A stretch of DNA of 64,000 nucleotides from contig RSEE01000012.1 of the NCBI GenBank assembly GCA_003971905.1, positions 868,001 to 932,000 on the forward strand. Direction: 5' to 3'. Positions 52,487-64,000 of this stretch are shown here, piece after piece. Both the position numbers and the translations under genes were made by a program. Origin of the DNA: Moniliella sp. 'wahieum' (lineage: Eukaryota). The notes below the pieces were generated by a model, which saw only the letters and a list, made by a program, of their open reading frames with translations, had not been told where the DNA came from and did not search any database. Each line of letters begins with the position of its first letter. Within the stretch, counting starts at the first letter, position 1.

Positions 52487-52790
52487 GGCTGAGACTCAGC
52501 ACTCTGTATACTCAACTCAGTGCTCAGCAGCCCCGCACTCAGCCTGAGCCGTCAGAAGGGTCAGGCACAGCGGGGTCGATTGAAGTCGGCATGCCGAGCA
52601 GGTATGGCCACGGCAGCGTTGCTGTGGTGTGTGGTGTGTCAGTTGTCGGGGCTAAATGTATGTCAGAAGACGCGCTCTGCCCCTCAGAAATAGGGTGTCA
52701 GATCTCAGACAGGCCTGAGCGCCTATGACATAATGCACAGTATGTGAGCACACTGAGTACTCAGACTGAGTGAGCGCTCGCTGAGCCCGC
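52487..52790. repeat. Degenerate CTCAG/CTGAG array
   Basis: gctgagactcagc, actcagtgctcagc, actcagcctgagc and the perfect palindrome ctgagtactcag (52753-52764). Confidence 0.7.
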
Positions 52791-53350
52791 ACTATGTTCC
52801 AACGCTGTCAGAGCGTGGGAGTGCCTGCCACATGTCAGCCAGCCAGCCGCGCTGCCTATAGGTCCGTCGTCGGGCCGGTTAGCTACCGGTAGCGCCGCAC
52901 GTGGGCGCCACGTATTAAAAAAGGGTCCACAACGCCGGTTCGCCTTGTCATCGATCTCATCATCGACATCGAACGGCTGCATCCTCGTCATCACCTGCAT
53001 CACCTGTTCGGTGTGCTAGTGGTGCCCGACGACCCGAGTCGGAGTGACTGGCCAGATTGCATACCCTCGCTGACAAGCGAATCCACTCCATTCTAGCTCC
53101 ATTCCCAACAAATGCCTTCTCTGTCGATCCCCTCTCTTAGCGCTCGGATCGCTCTCTGGGCCAATATCGAACTGCGATGCGTGCCAACAAAGTAAGCGTC
53201 AACGTTAAACGTTAAGCGCCTAGCTGAGCGTCTGTGGACGCTGTCTGCTACCTATATATATACCAAACACCCCCCTTGTGGCTGTCATTGCTTTCTCCCC
53301 TAGCTTTTCCACCTCGCTTCCTCTGACTCTGTTGCGCACAACACACCACC

Positions 53351-54482
53351 ATGCCATTCATCCCTACATCCGGTCCTTTGGCCTCTATCCCCTTCAACAA
53401 AGGGACAGTGGTCGGACGAGATGGTGCCAAACTTGCCTACCGCATCTTTGCTCCCTCGGCCAAGGGCGTGCCGTTGCTCGTGGTGCGTTTCATTCCTGGC
53501 CAGCTAAACGCACGGCCCCCGCCGCCACAACAAATGGAGGCGCTGCCCTCCCCCGAAGGTTTCCAATTGCACAAACGGATCGACTGACTGATGCGCTTCT
53601 TTTGTCTTCCCAGATTACAGGTCTTTCCTGCCTCATGACAGATTGGGACCCGTTTCCCCAGCTGCTCGTCGTCAATGGCGAGGAAGACCACGCGCCCGTT
53701 CGCCCGGTGATTGTGATGGACAACCGCGGCATGGGCGAATCTGTCTTTCCTCCGGCTTTAAGCCAGAGCAACTGCGTGCTGATCAGATGGCGCAGGACGC
53801 ATTGGACGTGCTGCACCATCTCCAGATTCAGCGCTGCTCGCTCCTGGGGTGGTCCATGGGTGGCTACACTGTCCAGCACATCCTCACCCGTAACCTGGCT
53901 GCCGAACCAGACGCAGCCAAGGACAAGGGACAGTTGTCCCTGCCTCTGGTGATTGAAGGGGTGGAAATCCACAAGGTCATTTTGGCTGCCACCATGCCCC
54001 GGTTCCCAGGTACCGACATGGACCCGGCCAAGATGGGCGAAATTGTGAGCGAAAGTCCGGACCCCAAGACGGGACAGGAGCGCGCGGCACGGTGGCTGTT
54101 GGAGAAAGCGTATGCGCCCAGTTGGCTGGCCAATCCAGCCAACCAAGCGTTCTTTGACACGCGCGTGAAGGATACACTGTCGGTCGACCGGCCTCGCGAA
54201 GTGGTCGCAGCTCAGTTCCACCTCATTACCACCTGCGCCGACGAGAGCCCGCTCTTGGCTCGCTTGCCGGCCCAGCTGCCCATCGCCATCTTGCAGGGCG
54301 ACGCGGACAAGATCGTCTATCCCGTCGCGGCCGAATGGCTGCGTGCCGCTTTGCCCCAGGCTACCTTCCTCGTCCACCCGACTGTTGGCCTTGACTTTGG
54401 CCACTTTTGGTGGGACCAGCCAGACAACAAGTCCTGGGCTCAGTTCCTAGCCAAATGGCTTGCCGATGGGAACGAGGCATGA
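53351..54482 (+). CDS. Alpha/beta hydrolase without PTS1 (paralog 2)
   Basis: DGAKLAY, intron 53483-53613 at the equivalent position to paralog 1, ITGLS, VMDNRGMGES, GWSMGG, QGDAD and DFGHFW; ends LADGNEA*. Confidence 0.9.
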
Positions 54483-55165
54483 GAGAGAAAGATACGTTGA
54501 TGGACACGAACGGGATGACCGCGTGCGTAACGGTGATGGAAGTTGGGTCGCCTAGGCCGGGTCTCCTGTTCGCTGTGGCGGACATTAGACTGTTGATATA
54601 TTTTTCTCCACACAGCCCGAGGACGCAGGCGATCTGTGGAAATAGACCTTCAATAGGAGAGCTGGAGGGCAAGCCGGGGGCGCTTGGCGCGTATAGTGAT
54701 GCACTGGGCGTTTAAAAGGCCTAACGCCGCCCCGAGCCACACCGAGCCTTCAAGCACCAAGCTTCTTCCAGCCGCAAGAGCCAACCCGGTGCGGGCAGAG
54801 CAGGGTATAACACCCCAGGGGTGTACCAAGGTATGTCCGTGCTTACGCCCGACCACCTGTTGGTGGGGCAAAAGGCAAAGCGCTATGGCCTGTCTCGCCC
54901 ATTGACACAACGCCGACCGACGCACAGACGCAGTCGATGCAGGTACGCAGGATGGGTGCACATGCATGCATCACCAGTCACCCACCGCCCCCACGTCGCA
55001 GTTATAGCGTCTCATTAACGCTGTCCTATTAGCCGGCTTCCCACAGCAGGCACCGCCCCAGTGTACTGGCTCCTGGCCGTGCTGTCACCACCCCCCCACA
55101 CTTCCCCGCCTTTTAACGTCGACTGCCTGGCTTCCCCCGCCCCGTTGCTTGCCACCATCGCCAGC

Positions 55166-57989
55166 ATGTCCCACTTCCCCGAGCTCGAGAACGGCTCCAT
55201 CTCCTTCAAGAACCGCGTGGCCATCATCACCGGCGCCGGCAACGGCATCGGCAAGGCCTACGCTGTCCTCCTGGCCAGCCGCGGCGCCAAGGTCATCGTC
55301 AACGACCTCGGCCCCGCTGTCGAAGACAAGAGCAAGAAGGCCGCCGACGTGGTTGTGGCCCAGATCAAGGCTGCCGGTGGCGAAGCGATTGCCAACTACA
55401 ACTCCAACATTGAGGGCGACAAGCTGGTCAAGCAGGCCGTCGACACGTGGGGCCGCATTGACATTGTCATCAACAATGCCGGCATTCTGCGCGACAAGTC
55501 GTTCAAGTCGATGACTGACGCTGAGTTTGATGCGGTCATTGCAGTGCATGTGACCGGATCCTACGCCTGTGCGCATGCTGCCTGGCCCTACATGCGCAAG
55601 CAAAAGGTTTGTTGCTTCTGTGCTTTCCTCCCTCCCTCTTCCTCTTCCTCTTCCTCTGCCTCGATCACCTGTTGCCGCTTCTGACTTGCGTCCTCGTTCT
55701 TGCTCCAGTACGGCCGCATCATCAACATCTCTTCTGCCGCTGGTATCTACGGCAACTTTGGCCAGGCCAACTACAGTGCCGCCAAGTTGGGACTCTACGG
55801 CTTTTCGCGCACCCTGTCGATCGAGGGCGCCAAGTACAACATTCTCGTCAACACGATTGCTCCCATTGCCGCGTCACAGATGACGGCAACGGTGATGCCG
55901 CCGGAGATTCTGGAGAAACTGCAGCCAGAGTATGTGGCGCCACTGGTGGCCTACCTGGTCAGTGCGGCCAACTCGGAGGTGACAGGGCAGCTGATCGAGT
56001 CGGGCGCAGGCTTCAATGCGGGCCTGCGCCGCCAACGTACCAAGGGCCACGTGTTCCGCGCCGACGCGACCTTTACCCCTGCAGCCATTAAGGCCAAGAT
56101 TGATGACATCCTTGACTTTGACGGCGACGTGGAGTACCCGACCGCCATTACGGATGCCAACCACCTGGAGCATCTTGAGCGCGCCAAGAAGGCCCCTGCC
56201 AATGAACAGGGGGCGAGGTGCGATTTGATGGCAAGACGGTGCTCGTCACGGGCGCTGGCGCTGGAGGCAAGGCGTATGCTCTTGTTGGCAAGGCGGGGGC
56301 CAATGTAGTGGTCAATGACTTTTCCGAAAAGAATGCGGTCGAGGTGGTAGAGGCGATTCAAAAGGCTGGGGGAAGGCCGCACCGGCCATTGGCTCGGTGG
56401 AGGAAGGTACCAAGATTGTCGAGGTGGCAGTCAAGGCGTTTGGCGGACTGCATGTAGTCATCAACAATGCAGGTATTCTACGCGACAAGTCCTTTGCCTC
56501 GATGACGGACGACGAGTGGAAGGCAGTGATTGCAGTGCACTTGCGCGGCACCTACTCGATCTGCAAGGCGGCCTGGCCCATCTTCCTCCAGCAAAAGTAC
56601 GGCCGCATCATTAACACCACCTCTTCTGTCGGGCTGTACGGCAACTTTGGTCAAGCCAACTACTCGACGGCCAAGGCGGCCATTTTGGGCTTGACTCAAA
56701 CCCTATCCATTGAAGGCGCCAAGTACAACATTCTGGCCAACACGATTGCCCCGAACGCTGGGACGGCTATGACGGCGACCGTTTGGCCACAGGAGAGGGT
56801 GGATGCGTTCAAGCCAGACTATGTTGCGCCGCTAGTGGTTTTCCTGGCATCGGAGGACAATGAGGACGTGACCAAGGGTCTGTTTGAGGTGTCGGGCGGT
56901 TGGGTGGCGGCGGTACGCTGGGAGCGTGCTGGTGGGGTTGCCTTTAGTCACCAAACGCCCCTGACCCCGGAGGAGGTGGCTGCGCGCATCACGCGCATCT
57001 TTGACTTTGACCCCAGCGTGCCAGTTGGCCCGCCGATACCCAGGAGGCACTGGGCGACATTATGGCCAATTTGGATGGTGAGGGGGACGAGGTGGAGGAA
57101 GTAGAGGAGGCGGGCGAGGCGTCGTCGATTGATCCTGAAGACCCAGAGTTGGTCCGGGAGGCCAAGAAGCAACCGGCCGAGTCGTCCGAGTACACGTACG
57201 ACGAGAAGGATGTCATTCTCTACAACCTTGGCGTGGGCGCCAAGGCGACCGAGCGGAAGTATACGTTTGAGCAAGCGGATGACTTCCAGGCCTTGCCCAC
57301 GTTTGGCGTCATTCCTCAGTTTAGCGCCTCCTCTTCCATCCCGCTCGACTGGCTGCCCAACTTTAGCCCAATGATGTTGCTGCACGGGGAACAGTACCTG
57401 AAGATTTACAAGGAGATCCCCGTGGCCGGTACATTGGTCATCAAGCCGGCGCTACTCGAGGTGTTGGACAAGGGCAAGGCGGCCGCGGTGACAACGGTGA
57501 CCAAGACGTATGAAAAGGAATCGGGCGACTTGTTGTTTGAGAACCAGTCTACTGTGTTTATCCGCGGCGCGGGCGGGTTTGGCGGGGTAAGAAGACGGGC
57601 AAGGACCGGGGCGAGGCGAGCGCGGTCAACACACCGCCTGCGCGGGCGCCGGATGCGGTGGTGGAACAGAAGACGAACGTGGACCAGGCAGCGCTGTACC
57701 GGTTGAGCGGCGACTTTAACCCACTGCACATTGATCCCGACTTTGCCAAGGTCGGCGGCTTCTCCCGCCCGATCCTGCATGGCCTCTGCACCTTTGCCGT
57801 GGCGACCAAGGCGATTGTGGATACTTATGGGCCCATTGTTCGGTCAAGGTCCGCTTTGCCTCGACCGTCTTCCCGGGCGAGACGGTGGTGACCCAGCTGT
57901 GGAAGGAGGGCAAGCAGGTCACATTTCTGGCCAAGATCAAGGAGACGGGCAAGGTGGTGCTGTCGCATGCGGCGGCTACGCTTGCTTAA
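55166..57989 (+). CDS. FOX2: Peroxisomal multifunctional beta-oxidation enzyme (2 SDR domains + MaoC hydratase 2)
   Basis: [10 protein letters not shown]; two copies each of [11 protein letters not shown] and [11 protein letters not shown]; hydratase motifs [33 protein letters not shown] and PILHGLCT. Intron 55607-55708; ends SHAAATLA*. Confidence 0.96.
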
Positions 57990-58015
57990 CGGTTAACGGT
58001 TAACGTGGAACGTTG
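57986..58015. repeat. GGTTAAC (GTTAAC+G) heptamer array at the FOX2 stop
   Basis: ttaacggttaacggttaacgtggaacgtt overlapping the TAA. Confidence 0.75.
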
Positions 58016-59007
58016 CACCACGGCTCGACCTTCAACTTTCGTTGTTTTGGAGCAATGCCCCCCCAATCACGCCATCCTGCGGGATAGGCATCACCCCTCT
58101 TATCCGCCTGGACTCTCCCTCTGCTCCTCAGTACCATCGGCTCTACAAGGCCCTACCCTTCTCATAGGCTCCTGTACCTCTCCTCAGAACCAACACAACT
58201 TCCATTCGCCTCCTTCGGCAGACTTGAAGATTGCCATTTAGCTGCCTCTTTTGAATCCTTTTTCTTTTGCCCTCTTCTTGCTATCCTCTTGCTTCTCACT
58301 GGACGTGCCGCCCATACCCGCGTAATGGGATGAGAATGTTCCTTACTGTGTGTGTATGGGTAGAGCCACGACGTTATTAGGTCGATCAGTGGGAAGCTGG
58401 CCGTCTTATCGCCGCGCCGGACCAGAACCAACGTAGAATCGCGGGGGAGGAATAAAGATCTACACGAGAGTGCATTTTTTATTGTGGCGCAGGTGTGCGT
58501 TGTTAGATTGGCGCTGCGCAGGCAGCGATGCGTGGGTGCGCTGGGCGCAGGGACACAACGAGCGGCAGAAGCTGCGGCAGAGCCCAGAGGTGCGAGCTGC
58601 GAGCAACCAGCCGAGTCCAGTACGCTCTCTCTGCTGCCCCACCCCCTTGGTGGTGTGGCTGGCCGCTGAGGGCGGTGCGCCGCGGATCTTGAAGCTGGAC
58701 GCTTGACTCCCCCGCAGTAGGCTCCGTACGCCAGACTCCGGTCAAGACCACACTGGCCCAGTGCCCCCAAAGGACAGTGCCACCTGTGCCCCGCGGTGGA
58801 CTGCAATGAGGCGGTAAGGCCAGCGCCCGGATATATCATTGGTTGCCATCGTTGCTGGCTCTTCTCCCATCGTCTTCGACCGTCCACCTCTCAGGCTCTC
58901 TCGCTGCGTCTCCGTCACCTGCTCTGATTGCCCACCATCCAGCACGCCCGGGCAGACAGCCTCGCCCTTTGCTGTGCTGTGGTGTTAATACGCCATTCAC
59001 ATCGTAG

Positions 59008-62000
59008 ATGGCACGCCCACTGCGCCCACTGCCGCGTCCGGCGCAGGCGGATGGCGACACGGTGCTGCCCACACCCGCCGTTTCTGCGCCTCCGCGCCCC
59101 TTGCCCTTTACGCCTGCCAAGCACGCATCCACCTCCCACCACTCGCCCCGCCTCGCATTCAACAACGCCATCGTCCCACCCCTCGCGGCCAGTTTACCAC
59201 CGTCGAGACTCGTGCCGAAGCCGCGGCCAATGCCGAGGCCGAGCGTGCTCAAGAGGCGGATGTGTGGGACGTGGTGGATCCTGCGTATGCGACGATGAAC
59301 ACCTGGAGCAACATCCAAGGTGTCCTTTTTGGCCCCTCCTTCCACCCGCCCCCGATCCCCTCTTGGAACGACCTCGCACCTCGCCCTCCATCCTCGGTGG
59401 AGAAGAATATGGATGCAGCAGAGGAGTGGGGGTCCCACCACCAGCTCAACAGTACTGCGATTGCCAGGCCAGCCATCCCCAGTTCACGTCGGACCTCATT
59501 AGCAAGCCGCCCGGATCGACTCGGCTCCCTTGTCCCCTCTTTTGTCGGCCGCCCGAGGAGAGGGTCGCTTCTGGGACACCGGACAAGCCAGTCGAGTTCC
59601 GCTGGGGCTAGTAGAACAGTCCGCCACCCAACAGGCCCTTCTTCTCTGAACGCCATGCCCGAACACACCATTTCCGTTCCCCGCCACGATCCTTCGGGGT
59701 CCCTGCGAACACTTATGATTCGGTGGCTTACCACGAGGACGGAGACCCCAACAACGTCTCTCTTGAGTTGGAGCCGATATCCCCACCCCGCCCTGAACCC
59801 TCGCCTTTCTCCACTTCCGGATCCAGCTGATGTTTGCAGGCACAAATGCCGCAGCTAGACAAAGATGGCGCGGGTTCTCGGGGCGATCTTACCGACCAGG
59901 CACAGTTAACCCCGCAAGAACAGGAAGAGGAAGACGCAGCAGTTGAAGCAACCATTTCGCGCCTTATGCAACCGCGTGAACGTTTTCGGCGCGGGCTGCT
60001 TGGCTTTGGAAGATATTTGAAAACACGTACGTTTCCCCCCACTGCCATGCACTCCCTCGTTGCATTCCTTTCTTTTCAAGTGAGAGTTGACTCTCTTTTC
60101 CCACTCTCCTTGACTCTATACTGATTCCACTCTGCAGCCATGGGTTCTTAATGGTCCTCTCTGGGCTGCTCATCGCATCATGGGGGATTGCCATTTTCCT
60201 CTTGATTGTACACTGGTGGAACCCTCCCATCGGCGCTTTGGATTGAGCGGTGCGACAAGATCCTGTGTGTTTTGTTTAACCTGACGGGCTTCCTCTTAGC
60301 CCCCTCACGTGCCGTGACTCGTATCGCATGTTCCGCATCACTCGGTACCGCCTCCGTGCTTCCGTCGGCAAACAGCTGGGCTTACCTCCCTCCAGGACCC
60401 TAACGATCTGCCCCGCTCGTATGCCTACCGTTTATACGATACCAACCGGCGTCGCCATCTGCCTCCAGCAGAAGCGGACCAAGAAGCTCAGGAAGAGCTC
60501 TTCCCCCTGCAGAAAAAAGAGCAATGAATCGACGACGCCTCAGCAACGCCGCGCTCGCAAAAAGCAGGCTCAGGCCCATGCGGGAATCCATGATCGCGTC
60601 CGTCATGCGACGACAGCCAGGCAGAGATGCAGGTGGCGGAGGAAGCGGCCGCTGTGGCGGTCGCAGTGACCAGAGCAGTGCGACGACACCTCCTGCTTCG
60701 GCGCTCACCCTACCGAATTTGGCATGGTGACGTCGGGAGTGTCCCACCCTTCCCAGACTCGGACCGGGGGTGGCCTGTCGATTTCTTCAGACCCTTCGCT
60801 TGGAATGCAGCAGCAAAGAGAAACTGTCGATTTGGCTGCACCGCCCCGCGCCACGTTCGCCGCCCTCCTCTCGCGGATTCTCCAGCCTCCCATCGCCCCT
60901 CGTCCGTTTGGTCACACACCGTCCCCAGCCACTCCTCGTCGCCACCCCATCCTCACAGCATCAAATCCCACCCACTACTCGTACGGCTCGGGGGGATAGG
61001 CCAGTGACCGTCACCCTGCCGATGAAGCATCGGAGACCGGCGTCCTGGCCCAGTACCCCACTTCGTCCTCTGGTTTCATGGGCCCGCAGACCCGGCCTTC
61101 GGGAGCCGCAGACCCCTTGCGTTCTTTGGTGGAAGAGGCCCACATGCCTGGACCCAACTACCTGTTCGACCTGCATCAACAACGCCTGTTACCCAGCGAC
61201 ACTGCGTCTTTCTCTTCCTCTCGGGCCACCAGTCCCGCCAGTCCCGCTACTCCGCTACTCCCGCCAGTCCTGCCAGTCCGGGTGGTTCTGTCCCCACGTC
61301 CAATGGGCAGCGTGTGCATGTGCTGGTCCGGTCCCGGTCCGAGTACCGAGCTCCTGAATTCGGCCCGGATCCGTGGGTTCGATGAGTGCGGCCTGCGACC
61401 CGAGGAGAGCACTAGGAGCGACTTGATTCTCATTTCTCCAACGCTACCACCACCACACCCCACTCCTGGCGACGGTCGTGTCCCACCCAACACCTCGGTG
61501 GGGGCACAGACACCGCGCTGGAGCTTGGGGCTGCGTTCCTGCTAGACGGCCCTGAGAGCCGGGTGGCGTATGCGGTGCCGGCGGATGCCGAGCCAGCGTT
61601 GCTTTCGCTCGCTGAGGAGAGCGAGCTGGTGTCAGCAGAGAAAGTTCCGTGCCGCGCACAACTACTACCGCTACCATGAGACGGAGACCCACCGCGCGTT
61701 CAGTGCCAAGCGAGCGATTGCGATCGTGATCCTGTCCGATTTGCACACCTTGTTGCAAGCGGCGCTGTGTGGTGTGACGTGGGGGATGAGTACCACCACC
61801 GTCCACTGTCCTGACCGCCATGATCATCTCGTCCTCCCTCACGTCCAATGCGTTGGCAGGGCTGCTGATCTGGCTTGGGGGAAACAAGACCAAAAAGACC
61901 GAGGTGGTGCATGCGCAGTTGATGCGCGGGCTCGAGGCTCGAGGCGAGGCCAGGCGCAGGGTTCGCACTGCCCGCGCAATGGAAGCACGAGCACTCGCCT

Positions 62001-62629
62001 TGGCCGCCCAGGGCAAACCGCCCTACCCCCCCTTCCAACAGCTTACCGGCAAAGCAGCCTTGACCAAACTCAGCTTGTACGACCTCGATGGACGCCAGGA
62101 ACTGCCTCCGATCCATGGCCCGTTCCCTTCCTCTCACCAACGTCGCGGGTGGAAACATCTCTGGAGCGCACCTCAACCGTCCCCCCCTGTTCCCTCTCCC
62201 CCCGCTTTGTCTGCCACTCCTTACCAATGCCTGATCACGCGCCACACCCACCCGCTCCCCCGCCCACGCAGTGCATGACATGCCACAACACCCACTGCCT
62301 CCTCCTCGACGATCGGCATCCCCCTCCCCCTCCCCACCGCCATGGCCATTATCCCCATCACCATTGGCGTCGCCCTCTTCCCAGAAATCGTTTCACAAGG
62401 AGACAGTCGCCCTGCTGACTCTTCCTGTCATGCCAGCGACGACAGCCTGCCCGCCCTCCCCGATCAAGTTCCCTCCCACTGGCATACGACGCAGGCTCAG
62501 GCTCAGGCTTTGCCCCCCACCCATTACGACGGTTCTACACCACCACTCCCCGGTCTCCCCCACTCCCCGACCCGCGCGCAGGCCAAAGGCCCACGCATCT
62601 CCCCTGCCCCGCTAAGCGGGCCCACCTAA
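59008..62629 (+). CDS. DUF2985-like integral membrane protein
   Basis: YLKT/PMGFLMVLSGLLIASWG, LWIERCDKILCVLFNLTGFLLAP, YHETETHRAFSAKRAIAIVILSDLHTLLQAALCGVTWG and AGLLIWLGGNKTKKTEVV match my recollection of fungal DUF2985 proteins. Intron ~60027-60137; boundaries approximate. Confidence 0.65.
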
Positions 62630-62715
62630 TAGCACAACACCGCTCGCCTCTCCCCATCCACCACCCTCCGTCTCCCCTTCCTATACGCTCCAGCGGCCCC
62701 CTCGTCGTCCCCTTC

Positions 62716-62757
62716 CCATGATCCATGATCCATGAGCCATGAGCCATGGGCCATATG
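62716..62757. repeat. CCATGA(T/G) heptamer array
   Basis: ccatgat ccatgat ccatgag ccatgag ccatggg ccatatg. Confidence 0.85.
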
Positions 62758-63651
62758 CTCTCATCACGAGTTTTGTCTCGGATCGCGTGTTTGTCGTGGA
62801 CTCTGCATTGAACCATTCGTCCCCCCCAGTTCCTCTCCACATATCTTGCCTCAGGCTCAGGCCCACTGCTAAGAACTACTAGTCACTGATACATAATTTA
62901 GTGAGGCTATGAGTGAAGCCACTATGGCGACTGCGTGCCCCACCCCGTAGAACTCCGTAGTACTTCCCATCATTGCTCGCTGGCGAGAGGAGGTACTCTC
63001 TTTGGCATGTGTGGATCGTGGATGTGTGGCCTGCATCCTGCCCGTGCTTCATTGTCTATCCTTAATTCCACCGTGCTTTTTGGCCTCATCAACGCAGTGA
63101 TCTGCCCTCGAGGCCCAGAGTGGAGAGGAGAGCTCGGAAAGGCCAGTAGAGGAGGAGGGCCGACGAATGGTAGGGAGGGGGGGAGAGAACCGTGCGGTTG
63201 TGGTGAGGCGGAAGAACGATTGATGCATGACAGTGACATGTGACAGTGACATGTGAGTGACAGGTGATAGTTTGAATGTTGATGACGTTGATGGGTGATC
63301 GATGATGCATGATGCATGGTGTCGTGCGAGCAACCCGAATTGGAACGCATGCGAATCATGCATGGTGCATGGATGATGCCGCGTGCTGGCGCAGCCAAAA
63401 TCAAGCATCGCCACAGAAGCACCGAGCGGCGTTGCACCGACCGCCACTCCCTCATGCCCCCACTGCTCCCCTGGGGCTTCGGTGCAAGGAGGAAGAACGC
63501 GATGAATAATTAACCGTCGAAATCATCGACCATCGATCACCACCTTAATGATCGATGGATCAGCCGCCCCGCGCCGATTGCGCTCCGCGAGGATCGATGA
63601 CGCTCGATTACGTAGGTGCCCCGCACACTGCCCGTTTGCGGGCGGGTGCCC

Positions 63652-63661
63652 GAAATTTTTT
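63652..63661. promoter_or_regulatory. RRPE-like A/T tract upstream of ARB1
   Basis: GAAATTTTTT ~115 nt upstream of the ATG in GC-rich DNA. Confidence 0.45.
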
Positions 63662-63775
63662 GCGCTCAAACGAATACCAGCACGGACCGCCGCTTTTTAG
63701 GCGACTTGTCCATGGCTCGAATCCTGGGCCTCGCGCACCACCTCCCCCCACCACCTCGGCCCTTTGTTACCCAGC

Positions 63776-64000
63776 ATGGTGTCTGCATCCAAGGCAAAGC
63801 GTCAGGCGGAGAAGGCCGCCAAGAACCCCAAGGACGCCAGCTCGTCCAAGACGTCCAAGTCCAAGGCCTCCAAGGCCTCCAAGAGCACCGATGCCACCTC
63901 GGCCGACGGCGTCGACGGCGCGACGGACGAAATGAAGAAGTTGGAGCTGGCTACCGACCGCAACGCGTCCGGTGTTCTTACTTCGGACAAGCAGTCGCGC
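63776..64000 (+). CDS. ARB1: ABC-F ATPase Arb1/ABCF2, 5' part only (runs off the window)
   Basis: MVSASKAKRQAEKAAK...MKKLELATDRNASGVLTSDKQSR resembles the fungal Arb1 N-terminus. The ABC domains are outside the window. Confidence 0.75.
   Translation, partial: MVSASKAKRQAEKAAKNPKDASSSKTSKSKASKASKSTDATSADGVDGATDEMKKLELATDRNASGVLTSDKQSR

Overview
Eukaryotic, GC-rich, compact fungal DNA with short spliceosomal introns. The protein sequences (Fuz7-type MAP2K, Rps21, Arb1, Dre2) point to a basidiomycete, most likely Ustilaginomycotina. About 23 protein-coding loci are supported: RPS21, fuz7/STE7, TAH18, SUV3, PAN6, NSE2/MMS21, URA7, a TMEM41/VTT protein, ATP7, RPA190, VMA9, a glucokinase/hexokinase, DRE2, MDM20/NAA25, a GAF-domain protein, a PaaI/ACOT13-type thioesterase, two tandem alpha/beta hydrolases, FOX2, a DUF2985-like membrane protein, the 5' end of ARB1, one low-complexity orphan and one candidate secreted protein in a low-GC island. 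Nearly every gene, including essential ones, is broken by 1-nt deletions, often in homopolymers. I read these as unpolished long-read errors, so gene boundaries are approximate. Two signals stand out. (1) A ~9-kb block (49.2-58.0 kb) looks like a peroxisomal fatty-acid catabolic cluster: thioesterase ending -AKL, hydrolase ending -ARL, a paralog without PTS1, and FOX2, with triple CCGAGG in the shared promoter. (2) A recurrent intergenic pattern of ~7-bp-periodic arrays built from a 6-bp palindrome plus one base, with a different palindrome at each locus. No rRNA, tRNA, CRISPR array or recognisable transposase was seen.
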